51,963 nt of DNA from a bacterium (GCA_016930435.1 JAFGGQ010000165.1:1-51963), one strand, 5' to 3'; shown: positions 30,045 to 40,489, numbered from the stretch's first letter. Program-made: numbers and translations. The notes: generated by a model not told the origin, from the letters alone.

Positions 30045-32120
30045 TCAATTTTTAATCAATGCAATTTTTTCTTCCCGGTGGTAGCCTCTATATTGGGCGG
30101 AAACGATATAAATACCGTTTCCAAGGTATTTCCCGGAAGTATTTTGAGAGTTCCAGATGTAAGGATTATTAAGGTTCAAATCAACGTTTTTTTCAAAAAT
30201 CAGTTCCCCGGCGGTATTCCATATAAACAGGCTGAGATGATCATCAAAAATAGTATCGCAACTATCCTGATAAACCCCCACTGTTAAAGAATCACTGAAG
30301 GGATTAGGAAAGATATAGATTTTATGGTCCTGTATTCTATCGACAACGATAGTGGAGTCACGTACCATACTTGTATCACACATGGCTGGATGAATGAGTA
30401 TTTTCTGTGTTCCTTCCAGGCTAACTTTTTGGGTATCCGGCACATAACCTGGCAGGTCAAATACAAAGTCATAATCTCCGGCATAAGGGGTTGCCAGAAT
30501 GAACCTGCCCCTCTGGTCGGTATGGATGATTCCGGAGGTATCCTGATTATGGTAAATGATGAGTACATCATTCAGAGGGAGGTGAGAGAGTGAATCGGTA
30601 ACCTGGCCATATAAGGCGCCCCAGAGACCGGATGCGGCCATGGCATGGGGCCGTCCCCATCCGTAATCATTATCGGGATCGTAGTACTGGTCGGCGGTGA
30701 TCTGCAGGGTTTCCAGTAATGCCATTGCCGTAAGGGTATCATGGTCAAATGATGCTTGCAGTACCAAAGCTGCTGTTCCGGCTAACAACGGGGTTGCCAT
30801 GGAAGTGCCATTATTGGTTTCTATTTCCCGGCTTCCGGCGGGGGATGCACAATAGACCGCTATTCCCGGTGCTGTCAAATTTGGTTTGATGCGTCCGTCG
30901 GCAGTGGGGCCAGGGGAGGAAAAATAAGCATAGCCACCATCATTGTTGAGAGCACCTACTCCCATTACGCTGTCGCCATCCGAGGGAGCGATCAGATAAT
31001 GCCAGCTGGAGTTTCGTTCATTGCCAGATGCGGTTATAACCAGAACATTCCGGGACGCAGCAATGTCCGCTGCTATGGTGGTCAATGCCGTATTGCCATC
31101 CATATCCTGGTATGAGTACCCGGAATCATCATCGGAAATGCTATAACCCAGCGAGGTTGAGACTATATCCACTCCCAGGCTTTCGGCGACTTCCAGGGCT
31201 TTGATATAGCGGTCTTCCTCCTGCCAAACCGTTTCGGCAGCCACCGATTCGGTTTTGAAGAGGTAGTAATCGGCCAGATAAGCGGGTCCCACTATGGCTC
31301 CGGGCAGAAAACCGCCAAGCGAGGAAAGTACATTTGTGCCATGTGAATGCTGGTGCTGAGGTTCTCCCTCCTGGTTCTCAACTACGGAGTCACCCTGTAT
31401 AAAGTCCCAGGCGTAGATCACTCTTAGGCTATCGAATGCATTGTGAGGCAGCCAGAATCCGGTATCGAATACCCCTATCCTTACGCCCTGTCCTTTAAGG
31501 TTATAGGGGGGCTGGTGTGCGGGTGGAACACCCAGACTGTTAAGGTGGGGCAGGGAAAAGCCGTAAAACGGATCCTCGTCTTTTGATTTGTAAATTGATC
31601 TGGAGTCGCTGGAAAGGGGCAACCGGGCCCTGCGGGTAGTAAGCGGTCTGATTTCGTGAACAAACGGTAATTCCCTGATACCGGGCAAAACGGAAACCGG
31701 TATCTGGAAGGATGCCCCGTTAAGCCATCGGGACGTGCAGCGATGCCGGGCACCCAGCGATTCGATCCGGCTTATATACTCGGGGATAACGGGAAAATCA
31801 TAAAAGTCAAGTGTACCATTTTCTGTTCTACGCCGCCTTAATCTTGCCTGTTCGGAAATATATTCCCATGATTTTACTTTTTTGTCAAGATATTCCCGCT
31901 CGCTGAAAATGCCCTTGTCCGTGAAGAATACCCATACTTTCAGAATTTCTCCGGGGTCATCCGGTGGCTCGAAGGAGATTACTTTTTTTAGAGGGTTGCG
32001 AAACAAGACTATTTCCTTGCCCTGGTCGTAAATCACCAAATTATCCGGTTCTGTTTGGCCTGCAGCCAGTCCTGTCAATATGGCAAGGAGTAGTATAATT
32101 ATAAGCTTTGAGTAAGACAT
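30045..32120 (-). CDS. S8 family (subtilisin-like) serine peptidase with T9SS type-A C-terminal sorting domain
   Basis: The ORF-track start at 32132 is a GTG. ATG at 32120 gives the signal peptide MSYSKLIIILLLAILTGLAAGQ. The catalytic triad motifs are GVFDTGF (Asp), HGTNVLS (His) and GTSMATPLLAG (Ser). The C-terminal ~90 aa (IFPNPFSDSLTV...GIYIVSAQYRG...IALIKN) match the TIGR04183-type CTD pattern. Confidence 0.85.
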   Translation of the reverse strand: MSYSKLIIILLLAILTGLAAGQTEPDNLVIYDQGKEIVLFRNPLKKVISFEPPDDPGEILKVWVFFTDKGIFSEREYLDKKVKSWEYISEQARLRRRRTENGTLDFYDFPVIPEYISRIESLGARHRCTSRWLNGASFQIPVSVLPGIRELPFVHEIRPLTTRRARLPLSSDSRSIYKSKDEDPFYGFSLPHLNSLGVPPAHQPPYNLKGQGVRIGVFDTGFWLPHNAFDSLRVIYAWDFIQGDSVVENQEGEPQHQHSHGTNVLSSLGGFLPGAIVGPAYLADYYLFKTESVAAETVWQEEDRYIKALEVAESLGVDIVSTSLGYSISDDDSGYSYQDMDGNTALTTIAADIAASRNVLVITASGNERNSSWHYLIAPSDGDSVMGVGALNNDGGYAYFSSPGPTADGRIKPNLTAPGIAVYCASPAGSREIETNNGTSMATPLLAGTAALVLQASFDHDTLTAMALLETLQITADQYYDPDNDYGWGRPHAMAASGLWGALYGQVTDSLSHLPLNDVLIIYHNQDTSGIIHTDQRGRFILATPYAGDYDFVFDLPGYVPDTQKVSLEGTQKILIHPAMCDTSMVRDSTIVVDRIQDHKIYIFPNPFSDSLTVGVYQDSCDTIFDDHLSLFIWNTAGELIFEKNVDLNLNNPYIWNSQNTSGKYLGNGIYIVSAQYRGYHREEKIALIKN

Positions 32121-32125
32121 AATAT

Positions 32126-32572
32126 TTAACACCTGTCAATATTATTTAGGATTCTTATCTTTCGTTGGTCCCGGTGCAGCATTTCCAGATAGACCTCGAT
32201 CCGCCTTGGAGGCAGAAGGTTTCCGGCGCGGTCTGCCCATTCTATCAGGGTGATTCCGTCCCCGTAATAGTATTCTTCCAATCCTAACTCTTCCAGTTCC
32301 TTAAGGGAATTGATGCGGTAAAGGTCTATATGATAGACGGGGAATTTTCCGAGGTACTGGTTAATGATAACGAAAGTTGGGCTGGAGGGGGCTTCGGTAT
32401 TGAGTGCCGAACAGATCCCCTGCACGAAGGTAGTTTTCCCCGCACCCAGTTCGCCATAAAGGGCAATTATTGTTTTGGGTTTTAAAAGTTCGGCCAGCTC
32501 TGCTGCTATTTGCCGAGTTTCTTCGGGACTCCCGGAGATCAGCTCTCGTTCTATCAAGGTATCGGTTTTCAT
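32126..32572 (-). CDS. tsaE: tRNA threonylcarbamoyladenosine biosynthesis protein TsaE (YjeE)
   Basis: 148 aa. The P-loop GELGAGKTTFVQG and a C-terminal W/D-rich segment are present. Confidence 0.85.
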   Translation of the reverse strand: MKTDTLIERELISGSPEETRQIAAELAELLKPKTIIALYGELGAGKTTFVQGICSALNTEAPSSPTFVIINQYLGKFPVYHIDLYRINSLKELEELGLEEYYYGDGITLIEWADRAGNLLPPRRIEVYLEMLHRDQRKIRILNNIDRC

Positions 32573-32587
32573 TTATAAATATTCGTT

Positions 32588-34159
32588 TTAGCTTTTTGCT
32601 CCCTTTGGGGTCATCCTGATAACCGGGATGATCATCTCTTCCAGTGAAATTCCACCGTGTATGATGCTATTTTTATATTCCTGTTCGTACTTGCTGAAAT
32701 TAGATGGGTAAACGAAGAAGTAATCTTCTTTTGCAATAATATAAGTAGTGGACATTGAGAAGTCGGGCAGCTTGAACTCCTTAGGTTCCCGGATAATAAG
32801 TGCGTCCTTGGGTTCGGCATTAAGGTTACTGCCGTATTTATACCGGAGTGAAGATGATGTTCCCTTTCCCCCATAAGCCCTGGTTCCTCTTTGGCCCAGC
32901 ACACTGCCATGGTCGGTGGTCATCACGATCTCCAGATCGTCTCGCCGGGATAGCATCTTCAGGACTTCGAAGAAGGGCGAGTTATTGAACCATGCTTTCA
33001 TGATGTTCCGGTAAGCCCGATCGTCCGGCGAGATTTCCTGGATGACATCGGAATTCACCCGGGAATGAGCCAGTATATCCAGGAAATTGATGACCACCGA
33101 GGTTTGGGGGGCGGCGGAATAGGACTGCAGGTGCTTGAGCAAAAATTCCCCCTCCTGGGGATCCAGGATCTTGATATACTTTGTAGAACCCTCTACCGCA
33201 AATCCATTCCGTTCAAGTTGCTTGTCCAGTAATTGATGCTCGTAGCGGTTACGGCTCTGGGGGTCGGTAAAGGCATTGCTCCAGAGGTCCGGGTACTTCC
33301 GGGCCAACTCGGATGGGAATAAACCACTGAAAATAGCATTGCGGGAGAATGGAGTTGCCGTGGGAAGTAGGGAATAATAAAGATCGCGGTTGATATCATA
33401 ATAAGGATTAAGAAAGGGTTCAACGCTTAACCACTGATCCAGGCGCATACAGTCCACGACAATAAGAAAGGCTTTTTTCCCTTTCCGCATGATCGGGAGA
33501 AGGTATTTATCTACCAAATCGTTAGAAATGGTCGGTCTTTCCTTACTATAAAGCCACTTCAGGTAGTTCCCCTCAATATACTTCCCGAATTCAACGTTAC
33601 ATTCGCGGATAAAATCCCGATGGGATTCTATCAGACCAATCCCCGGATGTTCATCGAAAATAACATTCCATTCCGACAACCAATTTGCCAGATCGTACCA
33701 TTCCTCCGGTTCTGAAATGCTCTGCAAACCCATGAGATATTTACGGTATTCAGTGGTGTATTTCCTGGTTAGCTCGCCTTCTACGATAGTCCGCTGGTCG
33801 AATATCTTCTTCAGTGAGAGCAATATCTGGTTGGGATTGACCGGTTTAATGAGGTAGTCGGTGATTTCCCGGCCAATGGCTTCGTTCATCAAACCCTCTT
33901 CTTCGCTCTTAGTGATCATAATAATAGGGATATACGAATCTATCTTGCGCATTTCCTCAAGTGTAGTCAGACCGTCAAGCCCGGGCATCATTTCGTCAAG
34001 CAGGACTACATCATAGTTATTCTTCTCCAGCATTGCAAGGGCATCCCGGCCGTTGGAAGCGGGGGTTACCTGATAGCCCTTCTCCTCTAAAAAATAGATA
34101 TGGGGTTTCAGCTGAACGATCTCGTCATCGATCCATAGTATCCTTTTAAGCGTTTTCAT
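32588..34159 (-). CDS. porX: response regulator with C-terminal PglZ/alkaline-phosphatase-like domain; architecture of the T9SS regulator PorX
   Basis: The ORF-track start at 34180 is a GTG. ATG at 34159 (MKTLKRILWIDDE) has a GGAGGAG ribosome-binding site 7 nt upstream and gives 523 aa, about PorX size. A receiver domain (WIDDEIVQLKPHIYFLEEKGY...VLLDEMMPGLDG...KPVNPNQIL) is followed by a ~380-aa domain containing LIVVDCMRLDQW, LPTATPFSRNAIFSGLFP, TTDHGS and HGGISLEEM, which look like metal-binding phosphoesterase motifs. Confidence 0.6.
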   Translation of the reverse strand: MKTLKRILWIDDEIVQLKPHIYFLEEKGYQVTPASNGRDALAMLEKNNYDVVLLDEMMPGLDGLTTLEEMRKIDSYIPIIMITKSEEEGLMNEAIGREITDYLIKPVNPNQILLSLKKIFDQRTIVEGELTRKYTTEYRKYLMGLQSISEPEEWYDLANWLSEWNVIFDEHPGIGLIESHRDFIRECNVEFGKYIEGNYLKWLYSKERPTISNDLVDKYLLPIMRKGKKAFLIVVDCMRLDQWLSVEPFLNPYYDINRDLYYSLLPTATPFSRNAIFSGLFPSELARKYPDLWSNAFTDPQSRNRYEHQLLDKQLERNGFAVEGSTKYIKILDPQEGEFLLKHLQSYSAAPQTSVVINFLDILAHSRVNSDVIQEISPDDRAYRNIMKAWFNNSPFFEVLKMLSRRDDLEIVMTTDHGSVLGQRGTRAYGGKGTSSSLRYKYGSNLNAEPKDALIIREPKEFKLPDFSMSTTYIIAKEDYFFVYPSNFSKYEQEYKNSIIHGGISLEEMIIPVIRMTPKGAKS

Positions 34160-35456
34160 TTTTATTCTCCTCCAATTCACTTATGGGAAGTGAAATAACA
34201 AAAGTTGTCTTCTCATTGGGCTTGCTTTCCAAAAGATGAAGCTTCCCGTCATGATGTTGTTCGACAATTCTTTTGGCCAGGGAAAGTCCCAATCCCCAAC
34301 CCCTTTTCTTGGTCGTATATCCGGGCGAGAATATATCCTTCTGATATCGGGAGGAGATACCCTTGCCATTATCCTTCACAATGAAACATACGTTCTTTCC
34401 TTCCAGGTCTAATCGGGTTGATACTGATATTTCCCCGTTTTCGGGATCCACAGATTCAATGGAATTTTTGATCAGGTTTTCCAATGCCCACCGGAGCAAT
34501 TGTGCGTTACCCTTAACCATGGGCACCGGGTCGTATGACTCGGTAAGTTTAACATTTGCCTTCAGGGATGGTAGCCGTCCCCTTAAATATCGCACCACTT
34601 CACGGGCAATATTCGCCGGATCCACAGGATTGAGTTCCGGCGTGGAGCCGATCTTTCCGAAACGAACTACAATGCGGTTCAACACCTCTATATCATTGCT
34701 CATTTCCTCCAGGATATTATTCGGGGACAGGGATGAATAAGTTTTCTCAACTGCTTCGGCATCCTGTTGCCGGGCAAGGGTTTCCAGCTTTTGAATCCGT
34801 TCCTGGAGCAGTTCCATCCAACCCAGCAAGGAACTCAGCGGGGTTCCAAGTTGATGCGCAGTTTCACGGGCCATGCCAAACCAGATGTTCTGCTGCTCGT
34901 AAGATTTTAAGCGGCCGTAAAGAATGAAGCCGAAGATCAGAAAGATCACTACTAATACGATCTCAATAACAGGCAGTATCCTCATCCATTTTATAAAACG
35001 GGACTCCCCGAAGTAGATATACCCCAGGATCTCATTCGTTTCTCCAAGGTATATGGGTACAGGCTTGTTTTTCTTCTTGATGGAATCGATCTCTTTCTGC
35101 AGCTTTCGATCCATATCGCCGGGTGGGCTGTGATAATCTGCGGATAGGTTTCTCCAGGCCTGAACGTTGCCCTCAACATTGGTAAAAACCATGGGAAAAT
35201 CGCATTTCTGTATCACTTCCTCGAAGATGATATTGAGCTGTTCCCCTCCTCCCGACTGGGTCACAGCAAGTGCCCACAACCGTGCGTAAACGTTCACTAC
35301 CCGCTTGTTGTATTCAAGGATCTGCTCCCGGATCTCCCGGGTATAATAGAAGAAAAAAACCACCAGCAGTAGTATTCCCAAAAAAAGCAATATTTTATAA
35401 GTGATGGAAAACTTTTTGAAAACAACGCGGCTGCGATCCCTGAATCTTTTAGTCAT
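34146..35456 (-). CDS. membrane sensor histidine kinase overlapping porX-like gene (PorY-like by context)
   Basis: 436 aa with two transmembrane segments. An H-box (HQLGTPLSSLLGWMELL) and a HATPase domain (GWGLGLSLAKRIVEQH) are present. Its stop overlaps the porX-like ATG by 14 nt, so the two are translationally coupled. Confidence 0.8.
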   Translation of the reverse strand: MTKRFRDRSRVVFKKFSITYKILLFLGILLLVVFFFYYTREIREQILEYNKRVVNVYARLWALAVTQSGGGEQLNIIFEEVIQKCDFPMVFTNVEGNVQAWRNLSADYHSPPGDMDRKLQKEIDSIKKKNKPVPIYLGETNEILGYIYFGESRFIKWMRILPVIEIVLVVIFLIFGFILYGRLKSYEQQNIWFGMARETAHQLGTPLSSLLGWMELLQERIQKLETLARQQDAEAVEKTYSSLSPNNILEEMSNDIEVLNRIVVRFGKIGSTPELNPVDPANIAREVVRYLRGRLPSLKANVKLTESYDPVPMVKGNAQLLRWALENLIKNSIESVDPENGEISVSTRLDLEGKNVCFIVKDNGKGISSRYQKDIFSPGYTTKKRGWGLGLSLAKRIVEQHHDGKLHLLESKPNEKTTFVISLPISELEENKNENA

Positions 35457-35459
35457 TTT

Positions 35460-36731
35460 TTAGCCTAAAAACTCTTTACCATTAAGAAAACTTCTCAGAA
35501 TAGGTGGAACCCAAATCTTGCCAACTGCGGATTGATAAGTCTCCATGAAGGCAATAATAAGGCGGGGTAGAGCTAATCCCGAGGCATTCATGGTATGTAC
35601 ATAATCCAGTTTGCCGCTACCCCTGGGTTTGAATTTGATATTGGCCCTTCGCGCTTGAAAATCCTCAAAAATGGTACAGGAGGAGACCTCCAGGTATTTC
35701 CGGATACCCGGTGCCCAGACCTCCAGGTCATAGCACTTGGCGCCGGCAAAGCTGAGATCACCGGTGGCTAAGAGCTGAACCCGGTAATGAAGCCCCAGTT
35801 TCTGCAAAATAACCTCGGCATCGTGAAGTAACTCCTCATGCTCCTGATAAGAATTCTCAGGGTGGACAAACTTCACCAGCTCAACCTTGTCGAACTGGTG
35901 AACCCTCATTAAGCCACGTGTGTCCTTCCCATAAGCTCCCGCCTCCCTGCGAAAACAGGGGGTACAAGTTACAAACTTTAATGGTAATTGCTCTTCAGGG
36001 ATCACTTCCTCCCGGTAAAGGTTAGTCACCGGGACCTCCCCGGTTGGGATTAAAAAAAGGTCCTCGGTTGGTATCAGGTACATATCATTAGCCAGTTTGG
36101 GCAATTGACCGGTCCCTACCATGCAGTCCCGGTTCGATAAGAATGGCGGTGAAACTTCCCTGTATCCATGCTCGGTTGTATGTATCTCTATCATAAAGTT
36201 AACCAGTGCCCGTTTAAGCTGAGCTCCATCATTTGTGTAAAGTGGAAAGAAAGACCCTGCTATTTTTGCGCCCCGGCCCAGATCCAGCATTCCCAGTACC
36301 TCACCCAGCCAAAGATGATCCCGGGGTTCAAAATCGAACTCGGGAGGCGCGCCCCAGGAACGGATTTCCCGGTTGGCAGATTCGTCACGGCCAACCGGTA
36401 CCTCCGGATGGGGTATATTGGGAACGGTCAGCAGAAGCTGGTCAAGCTCTGTCTGATATGATTTCAGATCTTCGTTCAGAACCTTCGCCCTTTCTGAAAT
36501 ATTCTTGGCCTCGGCCTTAAGATCTGAAATATCTTCTTCCTTCCGAATCATCTCACTGATCATGGCGCTGAGCTTGTTGCCCTGCCCCCGCAAGTGGTCC
36601 AGTTCCTGGATAATCTCCCGGCGATACTGATCCAGAGCGATGATCCTGTCAATATCAGCCTTATCGTTCTTGTTACGGCAGGCTTTTTTCACCAGCTCTA
36701 CATTATTTCTGATAAATTTAAGGTCCAGCAT
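35460..36731 (-). CDS. serS: serine--tRNA ligase
   Basis: 423 aa. The N-terminal coiled-coil arm (MLDLKFIRNNVELVKKA) and class II catalytic motifs are present. Confidence 0.95.
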   Translation of the reverse strand: MLDLKFIRNNVELVKKACRNKNDKADIDRIIALDQYRREIIQELDHLRGQGNKLSAMISEMIRKEEDISDLKAEAKNISERAKVLNEDLKSYQTELDQLLLTVPNIPHPEVPVGRDESANREIRSWGAPPEFDFEPRDHLWLGEVLGMLDLGRGAKIAGSFFPLYTNDGAQLKRALVNFMIEIHTTEHGYREVSPPFLSNRDCMVGTGQLPKLANDMYLIPTEDLFLIPTGEVPVTNLYREEVIPEEQLPLKFVTCTPCFRREAGAYGKDTRGLMRVHQFDKVELVKFVHPENSYQEHEELLHDAEVILQKLGLHYRVQLLATGDLSFAGAKCYDLEVWAPGIRKYLEVSSCTIFEDFQARRANIKFKPRGSGKLDYVHTMNASGLALPRLIIAFMETYQSAVGKIWVPPILRSFLNGKEFLG

Positions 36732-36760
36732 AATTGCTTCCTGTTATTCTTAATATTCTA

Positions 36761-36783
36761 TTATCCCCGTTTCTTGGGGATAA
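36761..36783. other. perfect 8-bp stem / 7-nt loop hairpin (TTATCCCC-GTTTCTT-GGGGATAA) between the SPFH stop and the serS start
   Basis: Read directly from the sequence. No U-tract follows on either strand. Confidence 0.3.
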
Positions 36784-36853
36784 TACTGAGCCTATGATAG
36801 CGGAGGTTATAGGCAAAAGGGATATCACAGCCGGCTAAAGTTTGATTTGATTC

Positions 36854-37600
36854 CTATTCCTGGTGTTTTTTTAAAAAAGGTGTCAGCAATTCTATAGGAA
36901 TAGGGAACACGGTAGTAGAGTTATTTTCAGCGGCTATCGTGGTCAGTGTTTGCAAAAACCTCAACTGCAAAGCAGCGGGATTCCTGGAAAGAATTACAGC
37001 GGCTTCAGCCAATTTTTCAGAGGCCTGGAATTCTCCCTGGGCAGCAATGACCTTCGCCCTTCGTTCCCGTTCCGCCTCCGCCTGAGCGGCCATCGCCCGT
37101 TTCATTTCTGTGGGCAGGTCCACATGCTTGATCTCCACATTGGATACCTTGATCCCCCAGGGGTCACTCTGGGTGTCAATGATCTCCTGAAGCTTATGAT
37201 TAATCTTATCCCGTGCGGAAAGCAGCTCGTCCAGATTACTGCCGCCCAGCACTGAGCGCAGTGTAGTCTGGGCTAACTGAGAAGTGGCATACATATAATT
37301 CTCCACCTCTTTGACCGCCTTTTCAGGGTCCATTACCCGAGAATATACCACGGCGTTAACCTGGACCGAAACATTATCCTCCGTGATCACATCCTGAGGG
37401 GGAACATCCATTACAACGGTCCGCAAACTTATCTTCTGCATCTTGTCGATCAGGGGAATGAGCAGGATCAAGCCGGGACCCTTTGTGGCTACTATCCGCC
37501 CCAGCCGGAAGATGACCCCGCGCTCATATTCCTTCAATATCCTGACCATGGAGGCTAACAAAAAAAATACGATAATTACTAACACTACCCATCCAGTCAT
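36854..37600 (-). CDS. SPFH/band-7 (stomatin/prohibitin-like) membrane protein
   Basis: 248 aa. An N-terminal transmembrane segment, an SPFH core and a C-terminal coiled coil ([20 protein letters not shown]) are present. Confidence 0.8.
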   Translation of the reverse strand: MTGWVVLVIIVFFLLASMVRILKEYERGVIFRLGRIVATKGPGLILLIPLIDKMQKISLRTVVMDVPPQDVITEDNVSVQVNAVVYSRVMDPEKAVKEVENYMYATSQLAQTTLRSVLGGSNLDELLSARDKINHKLQEIIDTQSDPWGIKVSNVEIKHVDLPTEMKRAMAAQAEAERERRAKVIAAQGEFQASEKLAEAAVILSRNPAALQLRFLQTLTTIAAENNSTTVFPIPIELLTPFLKKHQE

Positions 37601-37756
37601 CTAACCCTCCTTAAAATAAGGTAAAATAAATTGCTCCAACAAATTTCTTCTGGTTTTCAGAATAATAACCTTATAAAATTTATGGCTAAAAGCCCTAATG
37701 TCAAGTATGAATAAAATTAAAAAAAATAAAAATAGTATTATAATAACGGATATCGA

Positions 37757-39115
37757 TCAGGAACTCGGCGAAGCCTGTTGAGATTTTTTAAAAATCTTCC
37801 AGAACCTCAGCTTGTTCCAGTTGATAAAATGGGCTTCCTTTGTGGTCCAGTAAATCAGATAAATTCCAAGGAGAGTAAGCAGAATGTTTCCGTTCCACAT
37901 CCCGAAGAAAGGGGGGATAATCCCCCGGTCGGCCAGCTCTTCGCCCCCGATCAGGAAAGCCCAGTAGATTAAAAAGAAGCCCATAGCCAGTCCTATAGCG
38001 GTAGCAAGCCCACCTTTACGGCCCATTACCCCTACCGGCGCGCCCAAAAGCAGGAAAACCAGACAGGCAAAGGGTACCGAAAATTTTTTGTGGGCCTCCA
38101 CCATTAGTTTGTTTATTCGGGTTCTGGCGCCGTTAATAATATTATGCCGGGATTTAAGTTGCAAGTAAAGGCTGCGGTTCCGGGAATAAGCCCTTTCTGC
38201 AGGGCGCTGAACTATCCGCGTACCGGTTTCATCATAGGGGTCAAGAGTGAATTCAAGGGCTTTATCTACCAGTACATTCATCTTCTGCCGGGTAACCTCA
38301 ATTTTGTCCCGCCGCTCATTGACCATCTCCATTATCCCCTGAACGTTAAGTTCACGATCCCCCCGACGATCCGAATCCTTATGTTCTAACTTCATCCCCA
38401 GATCCTTGATCCGAATAAGCTGCTGAGTGAATTGAGTGCGGGTATAAAGTGCGGGATCTTCCTCATCCACCTCGTGAACCTCACCGTCATAAAGGGTAAA
38501 AGTAACCGCATCCTTGTCCTCGACATACTCCATCCTTCCCGAATCGGCAGTAATGATGCGGGGGTAATTGCGGCCCTCCTCCTCAAAAAGCGTTACCCCT
38601 TTCATGGCTGAAGTATTGTAGTCAAGCTGATTGATCATCAATTTGATCCCCGGGAAATCCTCGATCACGATGCCATCCTGAAGAAAGACGGAGGGTTTCT
38701 TTCGTTTGATATCCGTTAGAAGCAGCCTCGCCTTGTGATTGGTTTCCGGGAGTATCTTATCGTTAAACAGTATCAGGCCTGCGGTGAGCAATGAACAGAT
38801 CAAAATGAGCGGCAATATTAATTTATAGAAGGGGTATCCGAGGGCTTTAAGGGCAATAATCTCGCGGTCCTCTGACATCTTGCCGAATACCATAAGTGTA
38901 GCCACAAGAACGGCCATAGGCACCGCCAGGGTCATCATCCAGGCCAGGCTGAACCCAAATAGCTGAAGCACTACTCCGACAGGCACCCCCTTCTGAATAA
39001 TCAGCCGGAGCATCTTGAGAATATAATCCAGTACAAGCACGAACATCACTACCGAAAGCGCACCCAGGAAAGGGGAAATATATTCTTTTATAATGTAGCG
39101 GCTGATGATCTTCAT
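37757..39115 (-). CDS. LptF/LptG family LPS export permease
   Basis: 452 aa. The N-terminus MKIISRYIIKEYISPFLGAL is typical of YjgP/YjgQ. Six transmembrane helices surround a large periplasmic beta-jellyroll insert. Confidence 0.8.
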   Translation of the reverse strand: MKIISRYIIKEYISPFLGALSVVMFVLVLDYILKMLRLIIQKGVPVGVVLQLFGFSLAWMMTLAVPMAVLVATLMVFGKMSEDREIIALKALGYPFYKLILPLILICSLLTAGLILFNDKILPETNHKARLLLTDIKRKKPSVFLQDGIVIEDFPGIKLMINQLDYNTSAMKGVTLFEEEGRNYPRIITADSGRMEYVEDKDAVTFTLYDGEVHEVDEEDPALYTRTQFTQQLIRIKDLGMKLEHKDSDRRGDRELNVQGIMEMVNERRDKIEVTRQKMNVLVDKALEFTLDPYDETGTRIVQRPAERAYSRNRSLYLQLKSRHNIINGARTRINKLMVEAHKKFSVPFACLVFLLLGAPVGVMGRKGGLATAIGLAMGFFLIYWAFLIGGEELADRGIIPPFFGMWNGNILLTLLGIYLIYWTTKEAHFINWNKLRFWKIFKKSQQASPSS

Positions 39116-39783
39116 AGCGGTTCCTTAACCCCCTTAAAGGAAACCCGGTGTATGGGGCATCGCCCAAGGCTGCGCAGCGAACTCTTATGGGCAGCGGTAG
39201 GATACCCCTTGTGGCTGGCAAAATGGTAACCGGGAAATATGGTGTCGTATCTCTCCATCATTCTATCCCGGACCACCTTAGCCACTATAGAGGCGGCCCC
39301 GATTGCCTTGATCCGGGAGTCACCTCTTATCACCGGGACTTGAATGCAATCCAAAGCAGGGATACTGTCCCGGCCATCTATCAGGATAATCTCCGGTTGC
39401 TGAGCCAGGCGCCGAACCGCAGTCCTCATTGCCAAAAGTGCCGCCCTCCGGATATTCAACTCATCTATGACCCGGGGAATAACGATTCCCACCTCCACCT
39501 GAACGGCATGCTCAAGAATATATTCATATACCCGTTCCCTTGCACGGGCCGTAAGCGCCTTGGAATCATTTATCAGATGATCCGAATGACCATAATCCCA
39601 TTGAACCGCTGCGGCAACTACAGGACCCGCAAGAGGGCCCCGGCCTACTTCGTCAACACCCGCGAAAACTGACCGGAGGGTATCCGAAAGATACGACTCC
39701 AGCTCGGAAACAGGTATTGAAGATAGAAAAATATCCCTTGATATATTCTGATTGAAAAGGGAAAGCTGAGGCTCGAACACCAC
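39112..39783 (-). CDS. rnhB: ribonuclease HII
   Basis: The motif DEVGRGPLAGPVV is present. The ORF-track start is a GTG. No upstream in-frame ATG exists, so the true start is uncertain. Confidence 0.85.
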   Translation of the reverse strand: MVFEPQLSLFNQNISRDIFLSSIPVSELESYLSDTLRSVFAGVDEVGRGPLAGPVVAAAVQWDYGHSDHLINDSKALTARARERVYEYILEHAVQVEVGIVIPRVIDELNIRRAALLAMRTAVRRLAQQPEIILIDGRDSIPALDCIQVPVIRGDSRIKAIGAASIVAKVVRDRMMERYDTIFPGYHFASHKGYPTAAHKSSLRSLGRCPIHRVSFKGVKEPL

Positions 39784-39839
39784 TGTTTGAATTGGTATTT
39801 TTGTCTTAAATAAGGTCTTAATAGTATGACCAACAAAGA

Positions 39840-40202
39840 TTATTGTTTTACGGGCCGCTTTTTCTGCCTGACCTTCGCCGCCTTGCCGATCCGGTCCCGG
39901 AGATAATATAGCTTGGCTCTCCGAACATGCCCTTCACGAGCAACCTCGATCTTGTCAATGTTGGGGGAATGCAGGGGGAAAATCCGCTCTACTCCAACCC
40001 CGGAACTCATCTTTCGGACCGTGAAAGTAGCCTGGGTGCCAGCACCCTTACGGCCAATCACAATACCCTGGAAAACCTGGACCCTCTCCTTCTCTCCCTC
40101 TTTGATCTTCACGCTGACCTTGACCGTATCCCCCACATTAAACTCCGGAAGGTTCTCCTTAATAAATTCCTTTTGAGCTTCCCGTAATATTTTATCTGAC
40201 AT
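39840..40202 (-). CDS. rplS: 50S ribosomal protein L19
   Basis: The track ORF is extended upstream. ATG at 40202 ([10 protein letters not shown]...) with a GGAGG ribosome-binding site gives a canonical 120-aa L19. Confidence 0.9.
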   Translation of the reverse strand: MSDKILREAQKEFIKENLPEFNVGDTVKVSVKIKEGEKERVQVFQGIVIGRKGAGTQATFTVRKMSSGVGVERIFPLHSPNIDKIEVAREGHVRRAKLYYLRDRIGKAAKVRQKKRPVKQ

Positions 40203-40489
40203 TTTTGCCTCCAGCTTAAAAAATACTATAATCATCCCCGGCAGCATCACTACCGGAACCTATCCATTTCCTCCGGAGCAGTCTCAACCGAAAGGAAAAT
40301 ATCGTTCTTAACAAAATCGGCTTTCAACTTATATAATATTTCAGTTTAGTCAAGTTATTATGTAAAAAATAATCAGATTTTAAACGGCGCCCGGTTCCGG
40401 ATGCCAAGGGAACTTAATTTTCCCCGCTAAAAAATACATCCTTTGGGGTTCCGATCTCTCCGCATTCAGAAACAGTTCCCACCGAACGA

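Noticed and set aside
37781-37797. Palindrome AGATTTTTTAAAAATCT.
   Set aside because: It lies inside the LptF/G coding region and encodes K-I-F-K-K-S. It is a coincidental codon palindrome, not an intergenic site.
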